A program made the translations under genes and the position numbers. 64,000 nucleotides of DNA from an uncultured Gammaproteobacteria bacterium (lineage in GTDB: Bacteria; Pseudomonadota; Gammaproteobacteria; Pseudomonadales; Azotimanducaceae): assembly GCA_963829065.1 (NCBI GenBank), contig CAWHHK010000015.1, forward strand, positions 90,310 through 154,309, read 5' to 3'. The notes below the pieces were generated by a model. It saw only the letters and a list, made by a program, of their open reading frames with translations, was not told the DNA's origin and ran no database searches. Below are positions 22,319 through 32,936 of this stretch, in pieces; position 1 is the first letter of the stretch; the number at the start of each line of letters is the position of its first letter.

Positions 22319-24535
22319 ATGCGGCGCCATCTGGGGATCCTGCTGTGCCTGGTCGGCGGACAGGCCATCGCGGCGGACGACACGCGCGTTGATGACGCTG
22401 CAGCGCCGAACGCCAACGGGTCGACGCCCGTTACGGCATCCACCAAAGCCAAGCCCAACAAAAGCCTGATCGAAGAAATCATCGTCACCGGCGAGCGCGA
22501 GAGCACGACACTCAAAGACACCGCGCACAGCGTCGTCGTGTTCACCGACGATCAACTGCGACGCGGCACCGAACAGGACATGGTCGCGCTGTTCCAGCGC
22601 GTGCCGAACGTCACCACCAATCCGTTCGACGGCACGCCGATCATCCGCGGCATGGCAAAAGACGGCATCAACACCGGCGTGCCGGGTTTCTTGGGCACCA
22701 GCGGATCGTATATCGACGGCTACTACACGCCGTCCGAGCCGAGTCTGTGGGACGCGCGCCAGGCCGAGGTGCAGCGGGGAACCGAGAACTACGTCTCGGG
22801 CGGTGCGATGGGCGGCCTCGACGCCGTGCTGACCAACGACCCCACCGAGGCGCCGCAAGGGCGCGCCGACGTCGACTGGGCGCCCAACTCCAACGACAGG
22901 AGCGTGGGCCTCGCCTATGGCGGGCCGGTGACCGACACCGTCGCCTATCGCGTCGCCGGTTACGCGCGCGAGCGCGACGGATTCATGACGAACGTGACAC
23001 GGGGCGAGCACGACTGGGACTCGGCCGAGGATTACCTCGTTCGGGCGAAACTGCTGTGGCGGCCATCCGGCGACGACGACACCACCGTTCGCATTCGCGT
23101 GGAGGACCGCAAAGTGTCGCGTCCCCAAGGCAACAACTCGACGGTGACGTACGACCCGAATCATGACCCGTTCGATCGCACGTCATTCGAGGATGCGCCC
23201 TCGCGCAATTCGGACGAACAACGCTCGGTGTACGCCGAGTTCGATCGCCGCATCGACGACCACTGGGGCGTCGACGGGTACGCCGGGTGGATCGATCAGC
23301 GTCTGCGCAGTGAGGTGGATGCAGACGGTACCCCTCAACCCGGCGAATTCGTCGGCAAGCACGGCGATGCCGAATTGGCCATCGTTCAAGCTCGCGCATT
23401 CTTCGACGCTGGCCCGTGGCACGGTTACGCCCGGCAATACGTGTTTCGTGCCGACCTGACAAACGCCTGGACCGACGTATCGACTCGGTTCGACATCGAC
23501 GGCCCCGGGCCGGCGCCTGCGGCGCCGATTCGATTGCAGTACTCGTACGACACGCCCGACTGGTGGTTCATCGGCACGCAGGTCGGTGCGCGGCGCACGT
23601 CCGGCCGATTCAGTGTGGGCGCATCGCTGCTGAGGTCGGGCCAGTTGTTCCACGCCGATCGCGGCGTCACGTCCTGGCGAGAGGGGTCGACCGGCGACCC
23701 GGGGTACGACGCGACCTACGATTTCATCGTGGCGAATTTTTTCCCGCAGGCTGCGGTCACCGGCGACGTCACTGACTTCAACTATCTGCCGACCGCAGAC
23801 GTCGACTACGCGCTGACCGATGCAGTGACGGTCGGGGCGAAATACGAGCGCGCCGCGCGCCCAGCAGGTGTGTGGTTCAACGTCGCCCGCGGCACCACGA
23901 ACGACTACAACGACGAGTTCAGCGACAGCTACGATGTGTTCGCGCGCGCGTCTGGCCTCGACGGTCGGCTCACGCTGCGCGCGAATCTGTTCTACACGAG
24001 GATCCAGGATCAACAGGTCTACGTTTCGTTGTCGGAGACGCCGAACGACCAAGAACTCGTGAACGCGCAACGTTCGCACAACGACGGCATCGAGTTGGAG
24101 TCGACGTGGGCCGACGGCGGACTGAGCGCGTGGTTGTCGGTCGGGCTGCTCGAAACACGACTCGATCGCATCGAAGTCGGCGACGTCAACTTCAACGGCA
24201 ATGAGTTCCCGGACGCACCGCCCTGGACCGTGTCGCTCGGATTCATCTATGCGCATTCGCGCGGACTGTTCGTCGAGACCGACTTGTCATGCCGGCCGCA
24301 GACGCGCGCAAACCTCGACAACGTTCCATGGCGTACCAACGAGAGCCGTCAGATCGTCAACGGTCGCATCGGCTGGGCGTTTCCGAAATTCGAGGTGTCC
24401 TTGTACGGCCGCAACCTGTTCGACGACGAATACCTGACGCTTCACGGCGGCGATGAACCGCTGCCCGGCGCAAAGCATTTCTACATAATCGGCGATCCGC
24501 GCGAGTTCGGCATGACGGTTTCGGTGCCGTTGTAG
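22319..24535 (+). CDS. TonB-dependent outer-membrane receptor
   Basis: Intact 738-aa ORF with a signal peptide and a plug region (IEEIIVTGERE..DTAHSVVVFT..V.RV.NV). A long beta-barrel-type sequence follows with frequent aromatic/Gly alternation, ending ..REFGMTVSVPL. Confidence 0.85.
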   Translation: MRRHLGILLCLVGGQAIAADDTRVDDAAAPNANGSTPVTASTKAKPNKSLIEEIIVTGERESTTLKDTAHSVVVFTDDQLRRGTEQDMVALFQRVPNVTTNPFDGTPIIRGMAKDGINTGVPGFLGTSGSYIDGYYTPSEPSLWDARQAEVQRGTENYVSGGAMGGLDAVLTNDPTEAPQGRADVDWAPNSNDRSVGLAYGGPVTDTVAYRVAGYARERDGFMTNVTRGEHDWDSAEDYLVRAKLLWRPSGDDDTTVRIRVEDRKVSRPQGNNSTVTYDPNHDPFDRTSFEDAPSRNSDEQRSVYAEFDRRIDDHWGVDGYAGWIDQRLRSEVDADGTPQPGEFVGKHGDAELAIVQARAFFDAGPWHGYARQYVFRADLTNAWTDVSTRFDIDGPGPAPAAPIRLQYSYDTPDWWFIGTQVGARRTSGRFSVGASLLRSGQLFHADRGVTSWREGSTGDPGYDATYDFIVANFFPQAAVTGDVTDFNYLPTADVDYALTDAVTVGAKYERAARPAGVWFNVARGTTNDYNDEFSDSYDVFARASGLDGRLTLRANLFYTRIQDQQVYVSLSETPNDQELVNAQRSHNDGIELESTWADGGLSAWLSVGLLETRLDRIEVGDVNFNGNEFPDAPPWTVSLGFIYAHSRGLFVETDLSCRPQTRANLDNVPWRTNESRQIVNGRIGWAFPKFEVSLYGRNLFDDEYLTLHGGDEPLPGAKHFYIIGDPREFGMTVSVPL

Positions 24536-24606
24536 AACGCGCACCTCGACGGACGCGTTAGCGAATCTCATCGCAGCGGGATCCAAGTGGTAGCACGACG
24601 CACGTG

Positions 24607-25240
24607 TCAGTAACCGTTGCGGGTAGCGACGGCCTTGCACATCGGATCGGCGTGCATCGCGATGCCGATTGCGTGCAGCTTGGGGCATTCGGCTTTGAAC
24701 CATTCGCGGCCGGGGCGCCACAGCGACATCTGCCACACGTATAGATCGAGCGCCGACCACGTGTCCCCGAGGAACCACGGCCCGTCGATCTGACCCTCGA
24801 CGTAGCGCCAAAGCTTCTTGCGATGTTCGTCGGTCGACGCGCGCAGTTTTTTCGCGGCCTCCTCATCGCCGTCGAGCCAGCGTTTCGGATCGTCGCCGTA
24901 CGTGAACGTCGGATAGACCGCGGCGACCAGAAATACGAGCCACCGCAGGAACGCGACATGCGCGGGATGATCGATCGGCGGCACCAGACCCGCGCTTGGT
25001 GTCGCGTTCCGCAAAGTGCAGAATCATCGCGGCGCTCTCCGTCATGACAGCGCCGTCCGGCAGCTCGAGCGTCGGCACCTGACCGAGCGGGTTGAGGCGC
25101 GCGAGCGTGCGGCTGCCCCAACCAATGTCGTCCCATTGCAGATCGACGTACTCGACAGGGAATGAAGCGCGGACGATCGCAGCCTCGACGATCATCGAAC
25201 CGCCACCTTTCGCTCCGTAGAGCCGATAGCTTTTCGCCAT
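24607..25240 (-). pseudogene. Glutathione S-transferase, one frame disruption near 25000
   Basis: N-terminal thioredoxin-like part MAKSYRLYGAKGGGSMIVEAA..LNPLGQVPTLELPDGAVMTESAAMILH is in ORF 24863..25360. The C-terminal helical part is ORF 24607..25014. Confidence 0.8.
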
Positions 25241-25241
25241 C

Positions 25242-25890
25242 TCAGTTCCGTTCGGCCGCCTGCTCGAGTTCACGTGCCCGCTCGATGAATCGAACGAGCA
25301 CTTGTGTCGGTTGCGCACCGGGGATCGCGTATCCGCTCGGCAGCACGAAGCACGGCACACCCGTCACGCCGGAGTCGTAGGCCTCCTGCACGAGTCCGCG
25401 CACCTCTTCGATTCCGTTAGTGCCTTGCAACATGCGCGAGCGCTGCGTCGCGATCGGCGCCGACCGACGCGGCGGCGTCGGCGAGGACCGCGTTGTCACC
25501 GAGATCGCGGCCTTCGCAGAAGTAGTAGCGAAACAGCGCGTCCATCAGTTCGTGCTGAGCCGGCCCTGGACCGATCCAGTCGACGAGCCGATGACCGTTG
25601 AGCGTATTCGGCACGCGTTGGACGCGATCGTAGTGCAATTCGATCCCCGCGCCGCTCGCCTCATCGAGGATCGCCTGCGGCGTGCCGCGTTTTGCGGCGT
25701 CCGGGCCAAAACGCGCGCGCATGAACGTCGCACGGTCGACGCCTTCCACCGGCAGATTCGGATAGAGCTGAAACGGTCGCCACCGCGGCACGACACCGGC
25801 GCCGGCCGGCGATGCGAGCACCTCGTCGAGGCGCCGTTTGCCGATGAAGCACCAAGGGCAGATCAAATCCGAGACGATGTCGATGTACAT
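25242..25890 (-). pseudogene. DsbA-family oxidoreductase (FrnE / 2-hydroxychromene-2-carboxylate isomerase-like), one frame disruption near 25430
   Basis: MYIDIVSDLICPWCFIGKRRL (CPWC active site) in ORF 25417..25890. The C-terminus ..GVTGVPCFVLPSGYAIPGAQP.. is in ORF 25242..25499. Confidence 0.8.
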
Positions 25891-25985
25891 GGGGCGGTCC
25901 GGGTTCCTAAGTTTGCGGGATATTAGCGCCCGAAATTATTTTTGCGCAAAAGCACCGATCGCCGAATCCAACATCTCACACCGCC

Positions 25986-26409
25986 CTACACGATAAAGCG
26001 GGGCAGAAACGCGTCGATCGCTTCGCGTTCGTAGCCCGCGTGCAGGCGACCGTCGCGCTCCAGCTGCGCGACCTCGTCGAGGCTGTGCCAACCGATCCGT
26101 TCGATTTCATTGTGATCAAACCTGCTCACCGCGCCGTCGTAACGCGTGCCGAACACCTTGTGGCGCGCGCCTTTGTAGCGGTAGTCCCCGCAATCGACCA
26201 GCTCGCCCGAGTTCGATGTTCAACTCTTCCGCGACTTCGCGGCGCGCCGCCTCTTCCGCGCTCTCGCCGACTTCGATTCGGCCCCCGGGCAGCCCCCAGC
26301 GACCGCGGCTGAGCGGCAGGTAACTGTGGTGTACGACCAGCAAAAAACGGTCTCCGGACCACAGGATGCATCGCGCGGTTTTGTACTCAACCCAGACTGG
26401 TCGCGACAC
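25986..26409 (-). pseudogene. NUDIX hydrolase, one frame disruption near 26215
   Basis: The Nudix box GLPGGRIEVGESAEEAARREVAEELNIE is in ORF 26116..26409. The continuation reads in another frame to ..AIDAFLPRFIV-stop. Confidence 0.8.
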
Positions 26410-26410
26410 A

Positions 26411-26609
26411 ATTAGCCTGGATTATTCATGAGTTCACGTAGCGAGGGCGCCGAGGTGCCTGAAAAGGCGGCGTGGCACGGAATGGAGCGCGCGGAGGCGT
26501 ACTCGTCATTACGTCGAGCACGCGCAAGAGCTGGGCGGGTAGCCTACGCGCCGTCTTTTCGGGCAGATCGGCGGCCGCAGTAGTGAATTCATGAATAATC
26601 CAGGCTTAT
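26411..26609. repeat. MITE-like element or long hairpin: 27-nt AT-rich terminal inverted repeats flanking about 145 bp
   Basis: Left arm attagcctggattattcatgagttcac (26411-26437). Right arm gtgaattcatgaataatccaggcttat (26583-26609). 25/27 positions are complementary. The right arm contains the stop codon of the POT transporter gene. No clear target-site duplication. Confidence 0.4.
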
Positions 26610-28164
26610 AACCTCGGCGCCGATTCGTGCATGAAGCGGCGCACCAGCGGCGACAACGCGAGCACGACGAGGCCGACCGCGACTGCGACCCACGCGAGAA
26701 AGCGGAACGTCTCAACGTAGATCGCCAGCGAATCGACGCCACCGACGACCGCGGCGCCCGGCGTCTCCGATACGCTCGCCCCGGCCGCGATCAGGCCCGC
26801 GACGTAATGCGAGAACGCGCTCGATAGAAACCACACACCCATCATCAAACCGACGACGCGCTGCACCGACAGCTTCGTGACCATCGATAGTCCGACCGGC
26901 GACAAACACAGCTCGCCCGGTGGTGTGCAGCAGATACGCGAGCGCGAGCCAGCCCGCCGCGACGATGCCGCCGCCGTCGGCCTGCTGCGCACCATAGACG
27001 AGCGCCGCGAAACCGAGCCCGACCTGCATCACGCCGAGACCGAATTTCGCTGGCGTGCTCGGTTCGAATCGACGCCGCGCGAGCGCGACCCACAACCACG
27101 AGAACACGGGCGCCAACAGGATGATGAAGGCGGGATTGAACGCCTGAAATTGTGACGCCTGGATCGTGAAGCCGAACAAGTGTTTGTCGACATTGCGCTC
27201 GGTGAACAGGTTCATCGAACTGCCGGCCTGTTCGAAGAACGCCCAGAACACCATCGAGACCATCGTCAGAAACAACACGACCAGCGTCCGGTCGCGCTCG
27301 ATCGGCTCCAGCCGCAGCACCGCGAAACCGACGATGCCGACGACGGTGACGACCGCGGCCACCAGCAGCAGCCCACCGACCACTTCGTGCCATTGCACCA
27401 GCTGCCACGCGACGACGACGCCAACGAGACCCGCGCCATAAATCATCCGTTCGCGCGTCGCGCCCGACGAAGACGACCTCCGTCAGGCGACCCGGATCGC
27501 TTGGCTTTCCCGCCGCGTCGAACAGGTGTTGCCCGCGCACGAACGTGACCAGTCCGGCGACCATGCCGAGTCCGGCTAGACCAAACCCATACGACCAGCC
27601 GAACGTCTGGCCCAGGTAGCCGACGATCAACGACGCGAGCATCGCACCGAGGTTGATGCCCATATAAAAGATCGTGAAGCCGCCGTCGCGTCGCGGATCA
27701 TCCTGCGCGTACAGCCGGCCGACGATGCTGGAAATACTCGGCTTCAGAAATCCGACGCCGATGATGATGAACGCAAGCGACGCGTAGAACGTCTGCAACG
27801 CCACCGGGTCGCGATGGACGCCGGTCGCGGTCACCTGCGCCGCCTCGCCTTCGATCGCCATGCCGAAGTGGCCGATGCACAACAGCACAGCGCCGAATAT
27901 GACCGCCTTGCGGAAGCCCAGGTACCGATCCGCGATCAGGCCGCCGAGCAACGGCATCAGGTACACCAGCGCGCCGTAGCTCGCGTAAATTCCCGCGGCG
28001 GCGGCGTCGCCGAACAGCAGGTGCTGAGTGAGATAGAAGATCAGCAGCGCGCGCATGCCGTAGAAGCTGAACCGCTCCCACATCTCTGCGAAGAACAGCA
28101 CCACCAGACCGCGCGGCTGACCAAGCACGGTCTTCGGATCTGCAACGACAACCGCCTCGCTCAT
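26606..28164 (-). pseudogene. Proton-dependent oligopeptide transporter (POT/PTR2 family, DtpT-like), two frame disruptions
   Basis: PTR2 signature ..FFAEMWERFSFYGMRALLIFYL.. in ORF 26845..28164. The middle part is in ORF 26712..27446 and the C-terminal helices in ORF 26606..26995. Confidence 0.85.
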
Positions 28165-28329
28165 GCCCCGCCCGCATCATTCAATCGAACGCAGCGTAGC
28201 AGATCGGCCCGATCTATCTCGACATTCGCGCACTCCTTTGCCACCGATTCCACCAAGGCGCGTTGGCGACGAAGCGATCGCAGGAACCGGATAGAATTGC
28301 GACACAGCAAACGTCGGTACGGAGACGCC

Positions 28330-29824
28330 ATGCGCATCGTCGTCGCCCAGATGAGCCACGAAACGAATACGTTCTCGCCGGTGGTCACCGACCTGAAGCG
28401 GTTCTCGCACGGCGAAGGCGAACGAGCGATCGCGACGTATCGCGGCACCGCGACGTGCCTCGGCGGATTCATCGCGTTGTGCGAGGCTGCGGGCGCCGAG
28501 ATCGTTCTGCCGATCGCCGCCGGCGCTGCACCGAGCGGTCCGGTCGAAAACGACGCGTTCGAATACATCGCGCAGCGGATCGTCGCTGCGGCCGCGCGCG
28601 GCTGCGACGCAATGCTGCTCGACCTGCACGGCGCGATGGTCACACGAACCTACGACGACGGTGAAGGCGAACTGTTGCGGCGCATCCGCGCGGTTGCGCC
28701 GGACGTGCCGATCGCGCTCGCGCTCGACATGCACGCGAATCTGTATCCGGAGACCGTCGCGCGCGTCGACGTGATCGCCGGTTATCAGACGTATCCGCAC
28801 ATCGACATGGACCAGACGGCGCTGCGGGCCGGCCGCGCATTGTTGCAAATGCTCGCAGGGAAGTGTCACCCGACGATGGTCTGGGGCAACGCACCGATGC
28901 TGCCGCACGTCATGCGGCAAGGCACCGACGATTTCCCCAACGCGCAACTGCAGGCGCGCGCGAGGGAAATGGAACGCGACGGCGCGCTCGCGGTCAGTCT
29001 GTTCACCGGATTTCCGCACGCCGACATCGAGCAGGCGGGACTTTCGGTGGTCGTCGTCACGGACGGCGATCGGCGTCAGGCGGAGCTCTGGCGCGACGAG
29101 TTGCTCGATCAGGCGTGGAACGACCGCGCTGCGTTCGTGTATGTACCGGAGCCGCTGGCCGAGTCGGTGGCAAAAGCAAAAACGATCGGCGCCGAACCCG
29201 GCGGTACGGACCCGTCATCCTGCTCGATCACTACGACAACACCGCGTCCGGCGGCACGATGGATACGACCGAAGTGCTCGCCGAGATCCTGCGCCAGGGA
29301 TTGGACGACGTCGCGGTGTTCGGCATTTTCGATCCCGCTGCGGTGCAGGAAATGGTCACGGTCGGCGTCGGCAACGAGGTAACGGTTTCACTCGGGGGCA
29401 AGGTACCGATGCCGTCGATTCCAGCGGCAGAGCCGGCCACTGACTCGTCACCGGTCGCGTCAAGCTGATCTCGGACGGCCGCTTCCCGGCAACGGTCGCA
29501 ATGTCGCGCGGTTTGACGATGAAGATGGGGACAACCGTCGGTGTTGTCGACCGGCGACGTCGACATCGTCGTGATTTCGCGGCATATCGAACCGTTCGAT
29601 CCGGGCTGCTTCACGTCGCTCGGCATCGATCCCGACCAAGCGCAAGTATCTGATGCTGAAGAGCCGCATCCACTATCGAGTCGGTTTTCGCCGACTCGCG
29701 CGCGCGATCGTCGAATGCGCCGGCGTCGGCGTCTGCACGTCGGACTATTCGGAACTCAGCTTCAAGACGCGTACGGCGTCCGATTTACCCGCTCGACGGG
29801 GTCAATACCCGTGAAGGGCTATAG
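28330..29824 (+). pseudogene. M81 family metallopeptidase (MlrC / microcystinase C-like), several frame disruptions after about 29200
   Basis: MRIVVAQMSHETNTFSP.. and ..MLLDLHGAM..ALDMHANL.. in the frame of ORF 27814..29382. Then ..VILLDHYDNTASGGTMD.. (ORF 28863..29468), ..DIVVISRHIEPFDPGCF.., and the ending ..RPIYPLDGVNTREGL-stop. Confidence 0.8.
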
Positions 29825-30794
29825 CCCGAGAGGCGTTGTAGGAGCGCAGCTTTCCGAGCAACGCGTCGAGATCGACGTTGCCGCCGGACACGATCACACC
29901 GATGCGCTCGGCTCTGCGCGACGCCGACGCTTCGAGCAGCGCGGCGAGCGGCACCGCGCCGGACGGTTCGACGACGAGCTTCATCCGCTCGAACAGTAAT
30001 CGCGTCGCGCGATGATCGCCGCCTCGCTCGCGAGCTCGACCGTCACGCCGTGCGTCGACAGAATCTCGAAGTTGATTTTCCCCAAGCGGCGTCCGCAGGC
30101 CGTCGGCGATCGTCTGCGGGTTGTTCATCGGCTCGATGCGGCCGTTGGCGAGCGATCGGAACGCGTCGTCCGCGCCCGAGGGTTCCGCCGCGACGATCGC
30201 ATACCGGCGCCGCCATGCAGCGCGCCGCGACCGCGGCGCCGGCCGCCAGTCCGCCGCCGCCGACCGGAACCCAGATCTGCTCGAGACCTGGCGCCTGATC
30301 CAACAATTCCAACGTGGCGCGTCGCCTTGCCCCGCGACGATGCGTTCGTCGTCGTACGGCGGTACGAAGTGCGCGCCGGTTCGTTCGACCACTTCGTTCA
30401 GCGCGGCTACGCGCGCCGGCACGTTCGCCGCGCACTCGGTGACGATGCCGCCGTAACCCTCGATCGCCGCGCGCTTGACGCGCGGTGCGTTGTTCGGGAC
30501 GACGATGTACGCAGGTATGCCACGGATGCCCGCGGCGATCGCGAGCGCGGCGCCGTGATTGCCGGACGAGTGCGTCGCGACGCCGCGCGCCGCATCGCGC
30601 GTCGGTCAGCGACAACACCGCGTTCAACGCGCCGCGTATTTTGAACGAGCCGCCGCGCTGGAAGTTTTCGCACTTGAAGCGCAACGCTGCGCCCCAACCA
30701 GTTCGTCGATGGCGCGGCTCGTCAATACCGGTGTGCGATGGATGTGCGGCCGGATGCGTTCGTGCGCCGCGCGCAGATCGTCGAGGGTCAACAT
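29802..30794 (-). pseudogene. PLP-dependent threonine/serine dehydratase, heavily frame-disrupted
   Basis: Start MLTLDDLRAAHERIRPHIHRTPV, with ATG at 30794. The PLP-lysine motif FKCENFQRGGSFKIRGA is in the frame of ORF 30043..31842. The C-terminal third is in ORF 29802..30422 (..VEPSGAVPLAALL..VIVSGGNVD..). Confidence 0.8.
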
Positions 30795-30800
30795 GGTCAC

Positions 30801-32015
30801 TCAGATGACGCCGTCGCGCGCGAGTTGCGCGCGCGTCGCGGCGTCGAGCCCGAGCAGCGTGCCGTACATCTCGTCGTTGTGCGCGCCGAGCGGCGGACCG
30901 GGCCAACGCACGCTGCCCTGGGTGGCCGACATCCGCGGAAATACGTCCTGCATCTTCAGATTCGGAAACTCCGGATGCGGCACGTCGACGATCGAACGCC
31001 GCGCTTCGAAGTGTGGATCGGACAACATGTCGGGCGCGCGATAGATCCGGCCGGCGGGCACGCCGAATTTCTCGAGCCGCGCGAGCAGCGGGTCCGCATC
31101 GAGCGTCGCGGTCCACGCCGAGATCAGCACGTCGAGTTCCGCCTGATGTTCGCCGCGCGCGACGTGATCGCGAAACGCGCGTCGTGTCGCCAATTCGGCT
31201 GCGTTCCATCGCGTCGCACAGGCGGCTGAATACCGAATCCTGATTCGCGCCCATCACGATCATCTCGCCGCTCTTCGTCGGATACACGTTCGACGGCGCG
31301 GTTTTCGGCAGGATTGCGCCGCTGCGCTCGCGAACGAGGCCGCCTGCGGTGTACTCCGGCACCGTCGACTCCATCATCGCGAGCACCGCTTCGTAGATCG
31401 CCGAATCGACGACCTGGCCGACGCCGGTGTTCGCGCGGTGGTGCAACGCCGCGAGCGCGCCGACACACGCAAACGTCGCGGCCAGCGAATCGCCGATCGA
31501 TAACCCGCGCGCACCGGCGGCCGATCCGGATCGCCCGCGATGTAGCGGATGCCGCCCATCGCTTCGCCGACCGAACCGTAACCGGCGCGCTGCGCATACG
31601 GTCCGGTCTGACCGAAGCCGGACACGCGCACCATGATCAGGCGCGGATTGATCGCCGCGAGCGCGGCGTAACCGAGACCCCATTTTTCCATCGTGCCGGG
31701 CCGGAAGTTCTCGATCAGGATGTCGGCGTGCGCGACGAGATCGCGCAGCAGCTGCTGGCCGCGCGGCTCGCGCAGATTCAGCGTCGCGCTTTTTTTGTTG
31801 CGCGCGATGACGCTCCACCACACCGGCAAGCCCCGGCCCCAATCGCGCATCGCGTCACCGACGCCGGGCGGTTCGAGCTTGATGATCTCGGCGCCCATGT
31901 CGCCGAGCAGTTGGCCGCAGAACGGTCCCGCGATCAGCTGGCCGAGTTCGAGCACGCGGATGTCCGCGAGCGGGACCCACGTCCTCAGCGGAACCTGGTT
32001 GACCGCGTCAGTCAT
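30801..32015 (-). pseudogene. Family III CoA-transferase (CaiB/BaiF), frame disruptions near 31500 and 31200
   Basis: ..IRVLELGQLIAGPFCGQLLGDMGAEIIKLEPP.. in ORF 31374..32015. The middle part is in the frame of 30043..31842 (..SNVYPTKSGEMIVMGAN..). The C-terminus is ORF 30801..31193. Confidence 0.8.
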
Positions 32016-32268
32016 TGCCGAGCCCGTTGATCTGCCGATTCAGATCGAAGCGTTTGTCGGTGACGATCGCTTCGAGCGCATTCAGCCGCTGCACGACATC
32101 GCGCTTCTCGAGCATCTCCTCGATCTTGCCGAGCCGGTCCCGAATGTCGGCGAGCTCACCGTCGACGCGACTGCCGACTTCGCTTCTGCTCGTCAGCGTC
32201 CGCGTGTAGATGTTGCCGATGAACGACGCGAGGATCGCGACGATCGCGATGATTGCCCACGATTCCAT
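32008..32268 (-). CDS. Small membrane-anchored coiled-coil protein (86 aa), family not recognised (PspB-like layout)
   Basis: Intact ORF with one N-terminal TM helix (WAIIAIVAILASFIGNIY) and then a charged helical tail. Overlaps the CoA-transferase start by 8 nt. Confidence 0.5.
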   Translation of the reverse strand: MESWAIIAIVAILASFIGNIYTRTLTSRSEVGSRVDGELADIRDRLGKIEEMLEKRDVVQRLNALEAIVTDKRFDLNRQINGLGND

Positions 32269-32291
32269 GACTTGCCTCCTCTAGCGCGCCT

Positions 32292-32654
32292 CTAACGCGC
32301 AAACTCGACCATGACCAGCGGCACCAATGCGGCGGTGAATCGATCGGCGTCGGCCGACGTCAGATGCGACCACTCCGGCAGCTCGAAGCCTTGCAGTTGC
32401 GGATGATCGTCGAAGTGGATCCCCGGTGCACCGGTGCGCTGCAGCAGCGGATCCCAGGTCTCCTCGCGCGGGAAGTACGTCTGCTCGTACTCGTAGTATT
32501 CACCGTTGCTCGGAGCGCGCACGAACACGACGGGAACGCTGCGCGCTCGCAGCTTCGCGATCGCGTTCGCGGCCTTGGTAATCTGTGCATCGAATACCTT
32601 CCGGCGTTTCTCCGGCGTCTCCATGTCCGGCGGCGGTTTGCCGAAATCCTGCAC
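32292..32654 (-). CDS. Hypothetical soluble protein (120 aa from a GTG start); possibly the C-terminal part of the 2-TM ORF upstream
   Basis: The ORF is in the same frame as 32709..32915, separated by a single TGA. No family recognised. Confidence 0.4.
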   Translation of the reverse strand: MQDFGKPPPDMETPEKRRKVFDAQITKAANAIAKLRARSVPVVFVRAPSNGEYYEYEQTYFPREETWDPLLQRTGAPGIHFDDHPQLQGFELPEWSHLTSADADRFTAALVPLVMVEFAR

Positions 32655-32708
32655 CCAGATGCTGCGCGCGAGCGCCTGATAAGCCCGACCCGACTGAGGG
32701 GCGAACCG

Positions 32709-32915
32709 TCAGCGTCGAACGAAATACGGCAGCGCCATCAGCGCGACGCACACCGCGACCATCACGCCGACGCCGTCGATGAAATACGGCACCACCATCA
32801 GCCCGATTCCCGAAATGGCCGGCACGAGCCGCTTCTGGCGCCGCCCGTACATGAAGAAGCCGACGCCGATCGCGCCGAAGAACATCGACCAGATCAGCCC
32901 CGACTCACTGCCCAT
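32709..32915 (-). CDS. Small 2-TM membrane protein (68 aa)
   Basis: Intact ORF with two hydrophobic segments (LIWSMFFGAIGVGFFMY; GVGVMVAVCVALMALPYF). Confidence 0.45.
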   Translation of the reverse strand: MGSESGLIWSMFFGAIGVGFFMYGRRQKRLVPAISGIGLMVVPYFIDGVGVMVAVCVALMALPYFVRR

Positions 32916-32936
32916 TGCCAGGCGATTCCGCGAGGA

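Noticed and set aside
25920-25949. Sigma-70-like promoter upstream of the DsbA-like gene (TTGCGC, 18 nt, TAATAT on the minus strand)
   Set aside because: The match is only moderate and the spacing non-optimal in an AT-rich patch. It is not strong enough to annotate as a feature without transcript data.
32709-32711. In-frame TGA considered as a selenocysteine codon
   Set aside because: There is no recognisable SECIS-like hairpin immediately downstream and the protein context is not a known selenoprotein family. An error, a nonsense mutation or two separate genes is simpler.
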